DNA of 64,000 nucleotides from Isurus oxyrinchus (lineage: Eukaryota), in assembly GCA_026770705.1 (NCBI GenBank), contig JANJGN010000008.1:86242001-86306000 (forward strand), in the 5' to 3' direction. The translations under genes and the position numbers were made by a program. Shown one piece after another: positions 61,976-64,000 of this stretch; the stretch's first letter is position 1; each line of letters opens with the position of its first letter. Under the pieces are notes generated by a model that was not told where the DNA came from, ran no database searches, and worked only from the letters and a program-made list of their open reading frames with translations.

Positions 61976-62514
61976 AATTCTGTACTAACATACACTTATT
62001 TTCTATTTTCTCTGCCTTCCATTAGCCTTTGTCTTGATTTATTAACCTTTGACTTCTCTTGATTCTAAGCTGCTGTTTCCCCTCTTACACATCCCTACTG
62101 TATCTTCAGTTTTTCATTTCACTTTCATTCAAGTCCTCATTACACAATATTCCCTTTCCTTATCCTGATTTCTATGATACAATAATTTGCATTTATATAA
62201 CAAGTTTTATAATAAAATAGCTACTGATATTCAGAAAAAAACACATTTGAAGTGCTTTGCATTAAGTTCAATAACCATGAGGATAATTATAGATTGAAGG
62301 GAAAGAAATCAATGTAAGGCCACCCATTGTGCGTTAACTAGGAAATAGGCCTCTGAATTTCACATTGTGATCTGATGGTTGTTCAGAGTACTTGTCTGAA
62401 ACAAACAGTAGAAGGTGTAAATAATTAAATTGGGATGCAACAACAAATATGAAATTGAGGTACAAATCAATGAGCTTACTGGAAGCTGCTCATAAAAAGT
62501 TCCAAGAAATTATG

Positions 62515-64000
62515 GTAGCCAAATCCGTTGTGTAGTGCCCGTATTTTTTGAGATACAGGTGTCAGTTCAGGTTGAAAACAGTGCCCATGGCACGTGCAAA
62601 CATTTCTGGTGTGGGCCACACCAGACACCATTTTGGATCAGACATCAGCACAGGTGCTGGGAATGTGTACCAAAAGTATGCAAAATGGGAAATTTGTCAT
62701 ATCCGTCAGGGTGTAATACTGATAATGACAACAGCAGTGCAGTATTCAAAGCCCAAGGTATTGTCCTTTCTTAATCTTGCACAGTGACTGCGTTTTGAGC
62801 AGAAGGAAGGGCACCAACAGGCACTATTTAGAGGGATCATCAACAATGCAGAGATTAAAGCCACCTCAAAACAAATTGCTCAAACCAACTTTATCACTCA
62901 AACCATTCACTATTCTATATAAAAATCAACTTAATCACCCTTAAGTATTTCTTGGTGTCTGTCTTCAGTGTCTTTGTCTGCCTATTGCTTGTACCCAGTT
63001 TGACCCCAGTGTTCGCAGCATGTGTGGCGAATGTCAGTGGGGGAGACTGCAAATGGCCTTGGAAGATGACCTCGAGAATTTCTGGGCCTTGCAAGTCCTG
63101 CTTCAGACGGTACCACATTGGCATGCGCTGGCTTGACATAAGACTACAGCAAGGAGCTGGCAGATTGGCAGGGGTGGGAGGATGAATGTTGCCTTTCTGA
63201 GAAAGGACAGCAGGTTTGTGTTCTACGGCATCGCTACCACTCTCGCAGGGCAGGGCCTCAGCAATCCTAGTGATTTGTTAGAGGACATATTGCTGTACTA
63301 CTATGTCACCCTACAAGCCTCATTGAGCACTTGGATCTGCAGCTGTGAGAGTTATTGTAGCAACAAGCTAAGCTTGCATGACCACTGTCTGAGATTCCAT
63401 TTAGGCCTTAGGGGATTTCTGCTTGTGAAGCAATGGAAGCTGTACATTGCCAACTAGGTGCTACATGATGGTTGGGTCCACCAATGTGGTAATGGGGTTG
63501 ACTATAACCTTCTACAATGGAAACAAAGGGCTCTGTGCTCTAAGCAAAGCTCCAGGTCAGGTTGAAGCCGGACTCCTCTATGCTCCTTGACATTGAGCGC
63601 AGGCTTTCTGACAGGCCTGCCAATGTACCAAGCATTTCATTGCTCATACCCATCAGTCTTTTTCTGTAGTTTATCTCCTCAAAATCCTCAACTTATACTT
63701 CAGCAGCGGAGCCTGCATATGATCTCACTCTCTAGTGAGTGGCACCTTCTCTACCCTTCCCCCTGCCCCGTGGCTGCAGCCCATTATGTTGGGTCTCTCA
63801 CCTAAATACAGATCCTCTGACTCTGAGCTAGCCTCTAAAGTATGTGCACTGTTAGTGTTTGTACTAGCGGCTGCAAATGTGTTTCTCCATCATCACTCTG
63901 ATCCTTTTCCCCTTCGCTGTCAGGTAAGGCAGCCTGAAGGTGCTGGGGATATGGTTAGGAGGGACCAGGGCATGCGTTAGAAACTGCAAGGGCAAGTGGC
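62515..64000. mobile_element. Possible old DNA transposon remnant
   Basis: Abrupt rise in GC with CCATTTTGG / TATGCAAA motifs like transposon subtermini; no diagnostic protein motif. Confidence 0.3.

Overview
Eukaryotic, repeat-dense DNA with no recognisable intact host gene. The repeat repertoire (CR1 and L2 LINE pieces, DeuSINE/SacSINE1-like SINEs, Penelope-like termini, Gmr1-type Gypsy elements, many PIF/Harbinger transposons and MITEs) points to an intron or intergenic region of a cartilaginous fish (shark). That taxon is my inference, and family names come from recalled consensus motifs, not a database search. All protein-like ORFs are decayed transposon ORFs. Main contents: a gag-protease-only Gypsy remnant (11-1830); a Gmr1-type Gypsy with gag-PR-INT-RT order, tRNA-Pro PBS and 5' LTR (15988-22282, minus); a full-length two-gene Harbinger with TIRs and CAG TSD (34422-38013) nested in an older Harbinger; several more Harbinger remnants and about 0.55-0.8 kb MITEs; solo LTRs; a hAT element; and many LINE fragments. 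I found no convincing new cellular system. The two most unusual structures are a 2.2 kb inversion between two MITEs, shown by reciprocally swapped TSDs, and a concatemer of a tRNA-Thr-headed short retroelement inside Gypsy gag, where the 14-bp target site recurs between units. Minimal hammerhead ribozyme cores in Penelope-like ends are also notable.
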